NCBI RefSeq assembly: GCF_011386835.1
Contig: NC_088810.1
Coordinates: 2,232,001 to 2,296,000, forward strand
Source of the DNA: Chrysemys picta bellii
Lineage: Eukaryota
Reading direction: 5' to 3'
Length of the DNA stretch: 64,000 nucleotides
Below, one piece after another: positions 37,790 to 50,017 of this stretch; position 1 is the stretch's first letter; every line of letters starts with the position of its first letter. Under the pieces are notes generated by a model that saw only the letters and a program-made list of their open reading frames with translations, made no database searches and was not told the DNA's origin. The translations under genes were made by a program, and so were the position numbers.

Positions 37790-38720
37790 AGGAACAGCCG
37801 GCGTGGATTTATCAAGAACAAATCATGTCAAACCAACCTGGTTTCCTACTTTGACAGAGCAACTGGCCTAGTGGACGGAGGGAAGCAGCAGACATGAGAA
37901 ATCTTGATTTGAAGGAGGCTTTTGACACCATCCCAGATGACATCCTCACAAGCAAACAGGCAAATGAGGATGAGGTGACATTACTATATTAGGTGGGTGC
38001 ACAACTGATCAAAAACCCTCCTCAAAGAGTATTTATCAACGGTTCACTGTCAGACTTGCAGAGTGTCTCTAGTGGGGTTCCGGGGTCAGTCCTGGGTCTG
38101 GTGCGATCCAATATTTTCATGAATGACTTGGGTAATGGAGCGGAGAGTGTGCTTTGCAGATGACACCCAGCTGGGAGGGGTTGCAAGCACTTTGGAGGGC
38201 AGGATTAGCATTCAAAACGCCCTTGACAAATTGGAGAATTGGTCTGAATTCAACAAGATGGAACTCAATCAAGACAAGTGCAAAGTACGACACTCAGGAA
38301 CACAAAAAGATTAAATGCACACCTACAAAATGGGGCATCACTGGCTAGGGGGTCGTACTGCTGACAAGGATCTGGGGGTGATAGTGGATCACAAATTGAA
38401 CATGAGCCAACAACATGATGCAGTTGCAAAAAAATAAAAAGGCTAATCTCATTCTGGGGTGTAGTAATGGGTGTGTTGTACATGAGACACGGAAGGTCAT
38501 TGTCCTGCTCTGTTCGGCCCTGGGGAGGCCCCAGCTGGAGAACTGGGCCCAGTTCTGGGCACCGCGCTTTAGGAGAGATGGAGACAAACTGGAGAGAGTC
38601 CCGAGGAGAGCAACAGAAATGATTAAAGGCTTAGAAAACCCGACCTGTGAGGAAAGATTAAAAAACTGAGGGGGGGACCTGAGAACTGTCCTCAAATGCA
38701 TTCAGGGCTGTTATTAATCA
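37790..38720 (+). mobile_element. Degenerate CR1 fragment downstream of gene 4
   Basis: SCQTNLVSYFD, FADDTQLGG and LGRPQLENWAQFWAP motifs. Confidence 0.9.
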
Positions 38721-39512
38721 ATTGTATTTGATTTGCTTCCCTACCCATCCCTGAAATGTCCTCACTTCTCTCCATTCACCCCCCCTCTGTTGCTTCGAGG
38801 GACCCTGTGGGGATGATCAAATCCTTCTCTTTATCCCTGAGAAATGCCTCGAATTCTGCAGGGCTGCCAGTGTTCAGAGCCAACAGGTGGGTCCCGCTAT
38901 CACAGGTCAGGATTCAGTGAGACGCTGAAGCGTGGTGCTTACTGTTAAGCACGTGATTTAGCCTCCATGTGCTTACAGTTAAGCATGTGCTTGCGTGTTG
39001 GGTCAGAGCTTTTGAGCCCAGGCTTCTGTTCCCAGCTGGGCCACACAATCTCCCTCGCAGGTTTGGCCAACAGTTTCCAAAGTGGCCTGTCATTTGGGTG
39101 GACCTGCTGTAGGGGACGCTGCCGAGGGCAATAGGGGCAGGACTTGGCTGTGATGACTATAAAGGAAAGTTCTTTACTGTGTCTGCTGGACCCGGACTGA
39201 CCCTTTGGTCCCCCCGAGGATTCTAGCTCCTGGCCTGTGCTGCCTCATTTCACCACTAGAGGCCACTCTCAGACTAATTTGGCTTCTTGATGGCCCCACC
39301 CACTACAATTGAAATCCCTCCCCCCCAATCAATTTAAAATTTCCAAAGACTTTGGTCTCCAGTTTGTTTTATTAAGTGGAACAATCTAAAGGGGAAGCGA
39401 ATCCGGCTGGGAGCCCAGAGCCCCTGGGAGGGGAGAGCAGCTGCAGAGAGGGGCAGACACAGGCAGCCGGGGTGTTATTGAATGTGGCAGGGCCATTGCA
39501 TGGGGTGGGGAA

Positions 39513-42500
39513 TCAGGAGAGAAATTTCAGCAGGAGGAGCCCAGTGAGGGTGGGAAGAAGGAGCCCGGCTGGTCCCAGAGCTGTGCCGGCCGCGCTGGTG
39601 GCTGCTCTGCATGTGTGCTTGGGTAGATCTCCACGGATCCCCAGGAAGGTCCCAGAACCTGCATTTACCTGGGAGCACACGGACTCGGTAACGCAGCCCT
39701 TCATGATGATCTTAATGGTATTTCCACCTGTATGGGGGGGGGAGGAGGAAGGAGGCGATCGGGGTGAGGGGCGCAGCACCATTCCTTGACTGGACTAAGA
39801 AATAACAGCCCCCCCTTCCTCAACTCTGCCCCTGTGACCCCCACTGAGCCCCCCCCCAGCCTCCATCTCCCCATCTCCTCTGCTCTCCCCAGCATGTCTG
39901 GCCCTGGATGGCCTCCCCCGCTCCTTTAATGTGACACAGACTCACAGGGTGTCCATGAACAAGTCACTTGCAGTCCCGACCTAGATCCCGCCAACAACAC
40001 CTGGATTGACTCATGCCTGTTTTATCCCCACAGTTCATCTAACAAAGCAGCAGCTCCCTGTTGGTGGCAGCAGTGGGATCTCTAAGAAGGGTGGCTTCAC
40101 AGTGAGTTAAGGCACCATGATGGGACTTTGCAAAGCTAGGCTCAGTTCCGAGCCCTGCCACAGCCTCCCGGTGTGACCTGGGGCAAGTCACGGCACTGCT
40201 CAGTGCCTCTGTTTCCCCATATGTTAAATGGGGAGAATGATCCCCACTATGCCTACAGAGATTGCAGGCTCTTTGGGGCACAGACTTTATCTCCCTATGA
40301 GTTTTTAGAGCCCAGCACAGCCTGGGTCCCTTTTCTTTCCTGGGGGTCTGCGCAGTCCAGGCATGAGAGGGGCTCCCAATACTATATCAGACCCTACCAT
40401 GAAGAGCTTAGAGATTGAACTATAGACAGGCAATGGATGGAGGAGAACCAGAGGAACAGGGAGGGGGAGACACTGGCGCAAGGTCACACCGGAGGCCAGC
40501 GCTGGGAACAGATCCCAGGTGTCCTGATCTGCAGCCGATACCTTTCCCTAGTGGCCTCCACCCAGCATCTCGCTTCTGCTCTACGCGGGGGGAAAAGAGC
40601 GGAGGAAAAATACCCCCAGAATAAATGAACGGAAGTTACCAGATTTTAGGGGCCCGGCAACGTCCAAACAGTGGGTCTCGGCTCCAGTACACTGTATGGT
40701 CTCTTCACGGCACTGCTCAGAGGACAGAGAGTAGCAGCCACGGCAGCTCCGGCCATTGGGTTTGGTGTCAGCCGGGGGCACTGGGAAGAAGCGGAGCAAA
40801 CGCAGTCAGCTCGGGGGACGAGCCCCAGGCGGCGTCGGGGCAGGGAGAGCAGCTGGGGGCTGCACAGCTCAGCCCTGGGTGCCCCTGCAGGGGGAGCTGT
40901 AGCTCCGGGGGCAGCAGGGGCAGGGGAGAGGTTTGCAGCAGGGTGGGGTCAGCTGGGTTCACACCTGGTAGCAGCCTAGAGCCCCGCCCACTAAACTCCA
41001 CCCACCCAGGGGCTCAATGTTATTCAATGGGGCGCCCCCTGCAGGGTGGGAGGACCAGTCTCAGGAAGTTAACGTGGGGCACGTTCCAGGCAGCAGGAGG
41101 TGCAGGGGATGAGGGAGGAGCTGCAGAGATGTACCTTTAACAGAGTCCGGTGTGCAGTTGTCTGTCTGGCAGCAGGTGATGCTCATCCTTCTGGCCTTTG
41201 CCGTCCCAAAATTCATGGAGATGGCTCCAGCTTCACATTGGCTGGGTGACAAACAGCTCTTGAGAACGTTCTGGGTCTTCCTTCCCGCTGCACAGGAGAA
41301 GAAGTCTGAGATTTATTCCCATTCCACTCTCACCCCATCGACGTCCTCTTCACAACGACGGCCCTGTGCCATTAGCCTTCCTCTACCCATCGGGAAACTG
41401 AGGCACACAGTGAGGAAAGTGACTCACCCCACATCCCGCAGGGCTAGAGAAAGCAATTTCAGGAGCAAAATCCAGCATTTAGATCCTCCAACTGCCTACT
41501 CAGCCGATGCCTAACCCTGGGGGCCCCGAATCTCCTGCCCATAAAGTCCTTTTGTTGCCAAAGTTTCTACCAGTGGGTATGTGCAGGGCCACCCAAACCC
41601 CAACACCATGCATCCCGCTCACCCCTGAGCCACGGCGGGATTCACAGACTAGGCCTTAACCTGACGATATCACCTGCGGGGCCTGATCCTGGGGACACCC
41701 TCAGAGCACAACCAATGGATCGGGCCCTGCACAAAGCCCAGCCAAGGCAGGAGATGGAGGGGGGTTGCCTCCCATATACCCAAGAGCCCAGGGGGTCGGA
41801 TGCTCCCCATGGATGTGGGGGAATCAGGGTCCAGAGAATGTTTAACTATTTCATACAATGTGGGGCAACTTCAAAAAGGGAGACTGAGAGACCCCCTCGG
41901 AGGCCAAGGGGTCGGGCACCACCGTAGGAGGGGAGAGATCTGGGCTGAAGACCCCGGCCAAATTCGGTTCCCACTTGGCTCCCCCATGGCCCAGCTGAGC
42001 GCCCAACCGCTGGGGTCTCCTGGAAGCCCCTCTTCCACTGCCGTCATAGTCAAAGAAGGGCTGACCTGGTCCAGAAGCTGGACTCCCGGTGAGTGGTTCC
42101 CGGCTGTGGACCCCAAGCAGAGCTGGGCACCTCCGTGCCGCCGGGACTCAGGGCCGAACTTAGGGTGAGGGGCGGGGCTTAGGCCACACCCCTCTCCTCA
42201 GCATTTCCTATTGGCTGGCTTTTGTGGATCCCATCCTCAGGCACCTCCCTCTCCCCATGCACACAACGGGGAGCCCGGCCCCATCCCACTGGCTGGCAAG
42301 TCACCTGGAGTTCGGCATCGCAGTGCTAAGCCAAAGGCCCCGTTGGGGAACTAGCCACAGGGTGTGGCATAGAGCCCATGCGTCTTGGCTCCTTAACCGC
42401 TGCTCAGACCCACCCACCCCACGCCCTTCCCAGACCTGGGACTAGGAGAGGACCCAGGCGTCCTGGATCCCCACCATCTTCACTGACCCATGTTGAGTAG

Positions 42501-43098
42501 GGTCCATCTCACCTACCCGCTGTGTCTTCTGTCAGAGTGATGCCACAAGAGTCTTCCCTATTTCGGCAGGTATCTAGATCGCCCGTGCATCTGGTTCCTG
42601 ATCCATCGCAAACCTCACACCGCAGACCGGCCCCTGGAGACGGAGAGAGAACATGAGTCCAGTGCAGATGTGCCCCCTGACACCGGCTGGGGATCACATA
42701 TAAATGCCCTTCAAATAGCCTGTCACACAACAGACAATCCCCATTCGAAATGCCCTTGGCCTCTGGCCAGCTCTGAAACATGCCCAGTCACAACACGATT
42801 CTAGTGATTTAAACTGTAAATATTTCCTCCCATTTCCACAATTGTTTCACTCGCTGTCACAGGGACTTTGTGACTTCCAGCCCTCTCCTCCTGGGACGTT
42901 GTCACTCAGACGCCCCCAGCTCAGCCCCGTTATTCTGCGGCTGCTTTTCGGTTACATTAACTAACAGTTTCATCCGGCAGGCGGCTCTGAGCTGTTGGCA
43001 CGTTGGAGAAGTTAGGAAATCAGCCCCTGTAGGAACAGACCCAACTCACCCGTAGCCAGGAGAGCAGCGAGGATGCAGACGGCAAGAGAAGCCTCCAT
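39513..43098 (-). CDS. Gene 4: two-LU-domain PLA2 inhibitor gamma / PINLYP-like protein. Exons 43098-43050, 42633-42517, 41287-41135, 40780-40640, 39727-39513
   Basis: Intact spliced ORF MEASLAVCILAALLATG-AGLRCEVCDGSGTRC...CCQTDNCT...CRGCYSLSSEQC...LLPTLTGLLLLKFLS*. GT-AG phase-1 introns. AATAAA (- strand) at 39368-39373. Confidence 0.93.
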
Positions 43099-43405
43099 GG
43101 TGATGGGGAAACAGTAGATCGGCGCTGGGGTCTGTGATGCAACCAAATCTCCAGTTGGAGGATTTATCACAGACAGGCTGAAATGAGATCAGAAGGGAAC
43201 TTGCACATGCATAAACCAGTTAACAGTGTGAGTGAAACCACAGAGCCATTTGCCACAATTCTGGGGTAGCTGTGCCTCTCTGACCCCTTAGTGGCTGGTA
43301 TGTTGGTGGCACCCACACAGAGAAGTCACAGACAAATATCAAATACTCCTTCTGGAAAGTTGCAGTGTAAAATGACTTTCTTTCTGAGAAGTAAGGGATA
43401 AGTAA

Positions 43406-43586
43406 GGGGGAGGGATAGCTCAGTGGTTTGAGCATTGGCCTGCTAAACCCAGGGTTGTGAGCTCAATCGTTGAGGGGGCCATTTAGGGATCTGGGGCAAA
43501 AATCTGTCTGGGGATTGGTCCTGCTTTGAGCAGGGGGTTGGACTAGATGACCTCCTGAGGTCCCTTCCAACCCTGATATTCTATGA
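43406..43586 (+). mobile_element. Tortoise-type tRNA-derived SINE with CR1 3' tail, in the gene 4 5' UTR intron
   Basis: ggggagggatagctcagtggtttgagc A-box head and gaggtcccttccaaccctgatattctatga CR1 tail. Absent at the matching site of gene 3 (about 35775). Confidence 0.9.
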
Positions 43587-43870
43587 ATCCAGCAAAATTA
43601 CACACAAGACCCCAAAACAAGAGAGAGACAAAGCAGGCTGCTCTCTTCCGCACCAGGAGACAGCTTGCCCACTTTGATTGTAGTCCTGGATCCAGGAGGG
43701 GACTGGGACCTAGTGGTTAGAGAAGTGGGGCTAGGAGCCAGGACACCTGGGTCCTATCACTGGTCTCGAGGTTGGACCAGGGAGGGATGGGGCCAGGACT
43801 CCTGGGTTCTATTCCTGCTCTGAAGATGGAAGAAGGGTCTGGCAGTTAGAGCACCAACAGACCCAATGTG

Positions 43871-44190
43871 ACTTACCAAATCTCCTTAGGGGTTCAGGCT
43901 GAGTAATGTTTGCCGGGGGTGGAGCAGATGGATAGTTCAGTGAAGCAGAAAAGATTTGACAATGTCTGTCTCTCTCTTCCCCTTATAGAAGGGCTCTGGT
44001 ACATGCGCAGATGTAATACTGAAACTTTAAAATCCCTGCATTCTTCATTTGCTTCGTTCCATAAGTTCCTAGTCCCCTCGCCAGCACTGCCCCCACTCAC
44101 CAGTGACACAATTTCGACACACAAGCATGTTGAGAAATTCGCCAGCCTTCCTGCTGAGAAACAACCACAGGGATTCTTGAAACCACATCT
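43871..44190 (-). promoter_or_regulatory. Putative promoter and non-coding first exon of gene 4
   Basis: TATAAG (43987-43982) and GTAAGT donor (43876-43871). Acceptor tttcag| gives exon start 43177. Confidence 0.65.
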
Positions 44191-44949
44191 CCTTTAAATC
44201 TTGGGGGGCAACATGGGGAAGCAGGTCACGCGCTGGATGGGGAAGCAGGACTCCTGGGTCCTCTTCCTGGCCTACTAAGGGCATGTGGATCAAGGGTAGG
44301 ACTCTTGGGTCTCTTTTCCGCCCCGGAAGAAGTGGGGTGAAGTGGTTAGAGGAGTAGGGGCGGGCAGTGGCAGGACTCCTGGGTTCTGCGGAGTGGGGAG
44401 TAGGGTGTACCACTTAGAGCAGGGTCGGGTTGCGACTGGCAGTCAGGATTCCTGGGTTCCATAGAAATTTTAGTGGGGTCCAGTAGTTAAAACTGGTTGT
44501 CAGGACTCCTGGGTTCTATCCACAGTTCTGGGAAGGGAGTGGGGTCTAGTGGGTTAGAGCTGGCCGGATGCCTGGGTTCTATCCACAGTTCTGGGGTGGG
44601 GGAGAGGGACTGGGAGCCAGGACTCCTGGGTTCTAGCTTAATCTCTGTGAGGGGAGTGGGGGCAAGTAGGATAGAGTGGGGGGGAGGGCTGGGAGCCAGG
44701 ATGCCTGGGTTCTATCCCCAGCTGTGGGGGGTGGGGCCTAGTGAGTTAGAGCAGTGGGGGCTAGGGACTGAGCACTGTCGCTATGCCAACCTACCCCCAG
44801 TGTAGAGGTAGCTAGGCTGATGGAAGCTACCATTGCTTGGGGAGGCGGAGGTCCGACAGCCACAGAACACCCCCCCCCCGCCCCGTAACCTGTGTTTACG
44901 CTCTGCCGTAGCTGTCCTGCTACAGCACCCATCTCATAGACCCTGCAGC

Positions 44950-46320
44950 TCAGAGCTGAGCCGCGAGGGCGGACGGGATTGCCTGGTTGCAAACCCAGGG
45001 GCAAGGAGGGAAGGTGGGAGCAGCAGTGGTGGGTAGGACCCTGGGAGGAAGCAGGGAGAGAGAGCTTCTTGGGCACAGAGCCCACCAGAAAGGCAGGCGA
45101 GGGGATTTCTGAGCATGGAAACGGGCTGCTGCTGTTTGTCCCTGCTACTCTCCAAGAAGCAGGATACTGAGGGGGTGCGCGGTCTTTGCACTGCAGAGAG
45201 ACCTGCCTTGCGTCATCGAGTTCTCCTCCTAAAGGAAACAGCCTTGCAGTGTCCCACATGGTGGCTAAACTGCACGGGGCCACAAAGGGGGAAATAACAG
45301 CCCTGCAACAAAATACATACAGGCCTAGGGCTAGATTCCTGGCTACTTCGGGAACCCGGACACAGAGATTTAGGCACCGCTGGTATTCACAAATGCCCCC
45401 CCTCCCCACCCTTCTGCCAAGCCCTCTGGGCAGCTCAAGTCATTCAGCCTCGACATTTGTGCCATAAAAGTTCCCTTGATACTCAAGTTTCTGCCCCCAG
45501 GCACCCTGATGCCTGCGTCCCAGCAAGAGCCAGGAGCCAGGATCTTGCCTGCCAGGCTCAATCCAGGAGGTGCGCTCAGAACTGGCTCCACACGCCACAG
45601 AGGAGGAGTTGGTGGCAGTAGTGGCATCCCTTAGATCCACTAGTCCAGTGGCCAGGATCCTCCCCTGGGTTCATTCGCCCCTCTGCTGGAGGTGGAAAGG
45701 GGATTTGAACTTGCGCCACCCGCTTCTGAGCTGAGGGTTGGAACCGCAGGGACATACAACCGCCTGACATAGGAGGTCCTGCCATCTCTCCTCTTCAAGC
45801 TGTTCCGCTGTATGTCCACCGAACAGCCAAACACCGATGTGAATCGTAGCAAAGTCAGCCCAAATTGCTTCAGATGTCACGGGGCTCCCCTTTCTGCACA
45901 ACACCGGTCGCTCGTTAGCTGCGAGAGCGGGCGTCCTGCCGAGCCGGGCATCAAAATTCGGTGGCAATCAACTTTTCCATTTTTGCAGGACTAATATTTC
46001 AGTCACCGAAGCAACCACGCCGCCTTGTCACCAGGTTATCTCCGGGTATCAGGAATAGATCCAAGGATGAAACTTAATGGTAGGGGGGCAAAAAACTTGG
46101 TTAACACCGGGTTTTGGTTGCCCGTTGATAGCTCTTGTCCTTCCAGAGTGTCGAGTCCAGCAAAATCCAACCTTCTGGAAACCAGGAAATCCCGAGTTAC
46201 GGTAAATGCCCAGGTAGCCATCACTCTGTCCCCATGGTGATGGCACTCCAGCGGCATTCACTGGAGCTGCACTGAATGGTGGAGAGATGTGTTGGAAGAG
46301 CTCCAAGACCTCCATCTATT
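44950..46320. mobile_element. Degraded L1-like fragments in opposite orientations (about 44950-45780 +, 45820-46320 -); paralogous copy at 57400-59880
   Basis: Plus strand reads LQQNTY..RARFLA and ELAPHATEEELVAVVASLRS (pre-RT-like). Minus strand reads PLSFILG...ILQKWK..PP..DAW..R.A.LAANER...AIWADF (L1 ORF2 end-like). Resemblance only. Confidence 0.45.
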
Positions 46321-46610
46321 TGACAAAGAGGAGGTTAGAGGGTGACTTGATCCCAGTGTATAAACGCTGGGGAACAAATATTTGACAATGGGCTCTCCAG
46401 CCAAGCGGAGGAAGGTCTAACATGATCCAATGGCTGGGAGTTGAAGCCGGACAAATTCAGCCTGGAACGAAGGCGTCATTTTCTAATGGTGAGAGTAATT
46501 AACCATTGGGACAATTTACCATGGGGCGCGGTGGAGTCTCCATCACTGACAATTTGTAAATCCAGATGGGATGTTGTTCTCAGAGGTCGGCTCGAGGAAT
46601 TAATTCGGGG
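46320..46610 (+). mobile_element. CR1 3' fragment (paralogous copy about 59880-60330)
   Basis: KPDKFSLERRRHFLMVRVINHWDNLP is the CR1 ORF2 end. Confidence 0.85.
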
Positions 46611-47080
46611 GTGGGTATGTGCAGGGCCACCCAAACCCCAACACCATGCATCCCGCTCACCCCTGAGCCACGGCGGGATTCACAGACTAGGCCTTAACCT
46701 GACGATATCACCTGCGGGGCCTGATCCTGGGGACACCCTCAGAGCACAACCAATGGATCGGGCCCTGCACAAAGCCCAGCCAAGGCAGGAGATGGAGGGG
46801 GGTTGCCTCCCATATACCCAAGAGCCCAGGGGGTCGGATGCTCCCCATGGATGTGGGGGAATCAGGGTCCAGAGAATGTTTAACTATTTCATACAATGTG
46901 GGGCAACTTCAAAAAGGGAGACTGAGAGACCCCCTCGGAGGCCAAGGGGTCGGGCACCACCGTAGGAGGGGAGAGATCTGGGCTGAAGATCCCGGCCAAA
47001 TTCGGTTCCCACTTGGCTCCCCCATGGCCCAGCTGAGCGCCCAACCGCTGGGGTCTCCTGGCAGCCCCTCTTCCATTGCC
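46611..47080. repeat. 470-bp near-identical direct copy of gene 4 intron 2 segment 41573-42042
   Basis: Constant offset of 5038; ORFs 41670-41858 and 46708-46896 are identical; three substitutions noticed by eye. Confidence 0.95.
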
Positions 47081-48482
47081 TCTTAGTCAGCAGGTCACCA
47101 GTTGTTAGGGTTCCCCATCTCCAGGCCGGTGTCCGGGGATCCCAGCTGCCAGGCGAGGTCACACCTGGTCCTCTGCAACAACAAACCCTTTCCCACCACC
47201 TTGTGAAACATGCAGCACACAGGGAAACTGAGGCGCGCACACACTAGTCATGTAAAACACTACAAAACTCCCCAACTTCGTCACACGTGTCAATACACGA
47301 TTGGGTGGCTCATGTCCACAGCAGGGCCCAGGGGAGTTGGCAGGTAGAGGGTTAGGTGGGTTCCTGAGTTAGTATGTGAAGGGGCCGGAAAAGGGTACGA
47401 AGCAGCTGTGACATTTTCCACACGTCGGGGGAGAAGCTGAGTGTAGGGACGTAGGGGCAGTACAGGGAGCCCCTGTCCATTGCCTGAAAAGGCAGTGAGC
47501 GAGAAGGTGTTCCCGGGGCGTTGTGGAGCATCACTGGGAGAGGGCAGAGTGGTGCTACAGGGGCCTTTGCCTTAACCTGCTATTTCCTGTGTTACAGACG
47601 TTTGTGTTTTCTGAACTCGATGCTCTGCAAGGGCAGGACCTATCACCAGGCAGCCTTAACCCAGTGTTAACCAAGTCCCCCCCACCCCATGCCCGCTTAC
47701 GTTTGATTCTTGGATCTATTCCTGGTACCTGGAGATTCCCCGATATGGTTAGCCGAGCGATTGGGTGATGGGAAGGGTGAATTTTACAAGAGCACAATCA
47801 GCTGAGACCTTTGGGAAGAGAATATCAGCTTTCTGGGGACACGTGGCTCGCTGATCCCAGAGCAACTCGATTGACTCACACAGTCCGGCAGGGCGGCAGG
47901 CAAACCAGGAAGAGGTAGGAGGAGAGCCAGCTGAGAGATTTGGTCTGACTTTTCCCGTGCCCTCTTATCTTGGGGCACTGCCCCACAGCAGTACCCCCCA
48001 CACTCTGGGTCTCCCCTCCCAGAGGAACCCCCAACCCTCGATGCCCACCTTGCCTCAGTGGCTACTGCCAGTCGTCATCTAGCCCCTGCTCCCTGGGGCA
48101 GACTGCACTCTGGAAACCACTCATCACTGGCAAGGGGGTTGGACCGGCTGCCTCTGCCTATCCCTGGGCTACACCTCTGCCGCCCCAATACGTCCTTAGG
48201 CCTTTAACAAGGCCTCAGCCTGGGGAGTTGCCAGGCTGGAGCTCCCCAGATCCTCTTGTCCTTCCCCAGCCCTGCTCTGCCCAAGGTACCCTGTGCTCCC
48301 AGGCAGCCAGGCCCTTCCCACTCCCAGCTGGAGTGAGACTGACCCACTCCTCCCTTAGCCCTTGTATCAAGGCCAGCTCTGGCCTGATTGGGTGTGGCCA
48401 CAGCTGTGGCTGCCTCCCCACAACGCCTACCTCATCTGCCTTCAACCTTTTCCCCTAGGAGCGGGGTAACCGCCCCGCTACA

Positions 48483-49200
48483 CCCTCCTCAAAGAGTAGT
48501 TATCAATGGTTCGCTCTCAGACTTAGAGGGTGTATCGAATGGGGTCCCGGGGCCAGTCCAGGGTCTGGTACTATTCAATATTTTCACAGATGACTTGGGT
48601 AATGGAGCGGAGCGTGTGCTTTGCAGATGACTTCCAGTTGGGAGGGGTTGCAAGCACTTGGGAGGGAAGGAGAAGCATTTAAAACAACCTTGACAAATTG
48701 GAGAATTGGTCTCAATTCAGCAAGATGAAACTCAGTCAAGACAAGTGGAAATTACGACACACAGGAAGGCAAAAAATCTAATGCACAACTGCCAAATGGG
48801 GAATAACTGGCTAGACAATCATACCAGTGAAAAGGATCTGGGGGTGATGGCAGATCACAAGTTGAATATGAGCCAACAGTGTGATACAGTTCCAGAAAAG
48901 GCTGATCTCATTCTGGGGTGTAGTAATGGGTGTGTCGTATCTGAGACACGGAAGGTCATTGTCCTGCTCTGCTCGGCCCTCGGGAGGCCCCAGCTGGAGA
49001 ACTGGGTCCAGTTCTGGGCACCGCGCTTTAGGAGAGATGGGGACAAACTGGAGAGAGTCCAGAGGAGAGCAAGAGAAAAGACCAAAGGTTTAGAAAACCT
49101 GACCTGTGAGGAAAGTTTAAAAACCGGGCACGTTTAGTCTTGAGAGAAGAATGGGGAGGTGGGGCGGGGAGCTGAGAACTGTCCACAAAGACATTCAGGG
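48483..49200 (+). mobile_element. Degenerate CR1 fragment downstream of gene 5, preceded by an LTR-like element (about 47960-48482)
   Basis: Homologous to 38015-38720; LGRPQLENWVQFWAP motif. Confidence 0.85.
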
Positions 49201-50017
49201 CTGTTATAAAGAGGCCGGGGACCAATCGTATTTGATTTGCTTCCCCACCGATCTCGGAAACATCCTCACTTCTTTCCATTCACCCCACTCCATCCCTCCT
49301 TCTGCTGTTTCGAGGGACCATGTGGGGACGATCAAGGCTTCTCCTTATCGCTGACAAATAGCCCGAATTCCACAGGGATGCCAGCGTTCACAGCCCACAC
49401 GTGGTGCCTGCTACCACAGGCCCCGATTCACCAAGGCTCTGAAGCACGGTGCTTACTGTTAAGCACCTGACTTAGCCTCAAATGCTCATGTGCTTACAGT
49501 TAAGCATGTGCTTGCGTTTTGGGTCAGGGCTTTTGAGACCAGGCTTCTGTTCCCAGCTGGGCCACACAATCTCCCTCGCAGGTTTGGCCAACAGTTTCCA
49601 AAGTGGCCTGTAATTCAGGTGGACCTGCTGTAGGGGGCGCTGCTGAGGGCAATAGGGGCAGGACTTGGCTGTGATGACTATAAAGGAAAGTTCTTTACTG
49701 TGTCTGCTGGACCCGGACTGAGCCTGTGGTCCCCCCCGGGGATTGTAGCTCCTGGCCTGTGCTGCCTCATTTCACCACTAGGGGTCACTGACTAATTGGC
49801 TTCTTGACAGCCCCGCCCATGAGAATTGAAATTTCCCCCCACAGATTTCTAAAGACTTTGGTCTCCAGTTTGTTTTATTAAGCGGATCAATATAAAGGGG
49901 AAGCGAATCCAGGCGGGAGCCCAGAGCCCCTGAGAGGGGAGAGCGGCTGCCGAGAGGGGCTAATGCAGGCGGCCGGGGTGTTATGGGTGTGGCGTGGCCA
50001 TTGCACCGAGTGGGGAA

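Noticed and set aside
43406-43480. tRNA gene
   Set aside because: The tRNA-like head runs directly into a CR1-derived tail, so it is a SINE.
45812-45994. CFRCH zinc-knuckle-like ORF
   Set aside because: Spacing does not fit CX2CX4HX4C and it is not maintained in the paralogous copy (58320-58400).
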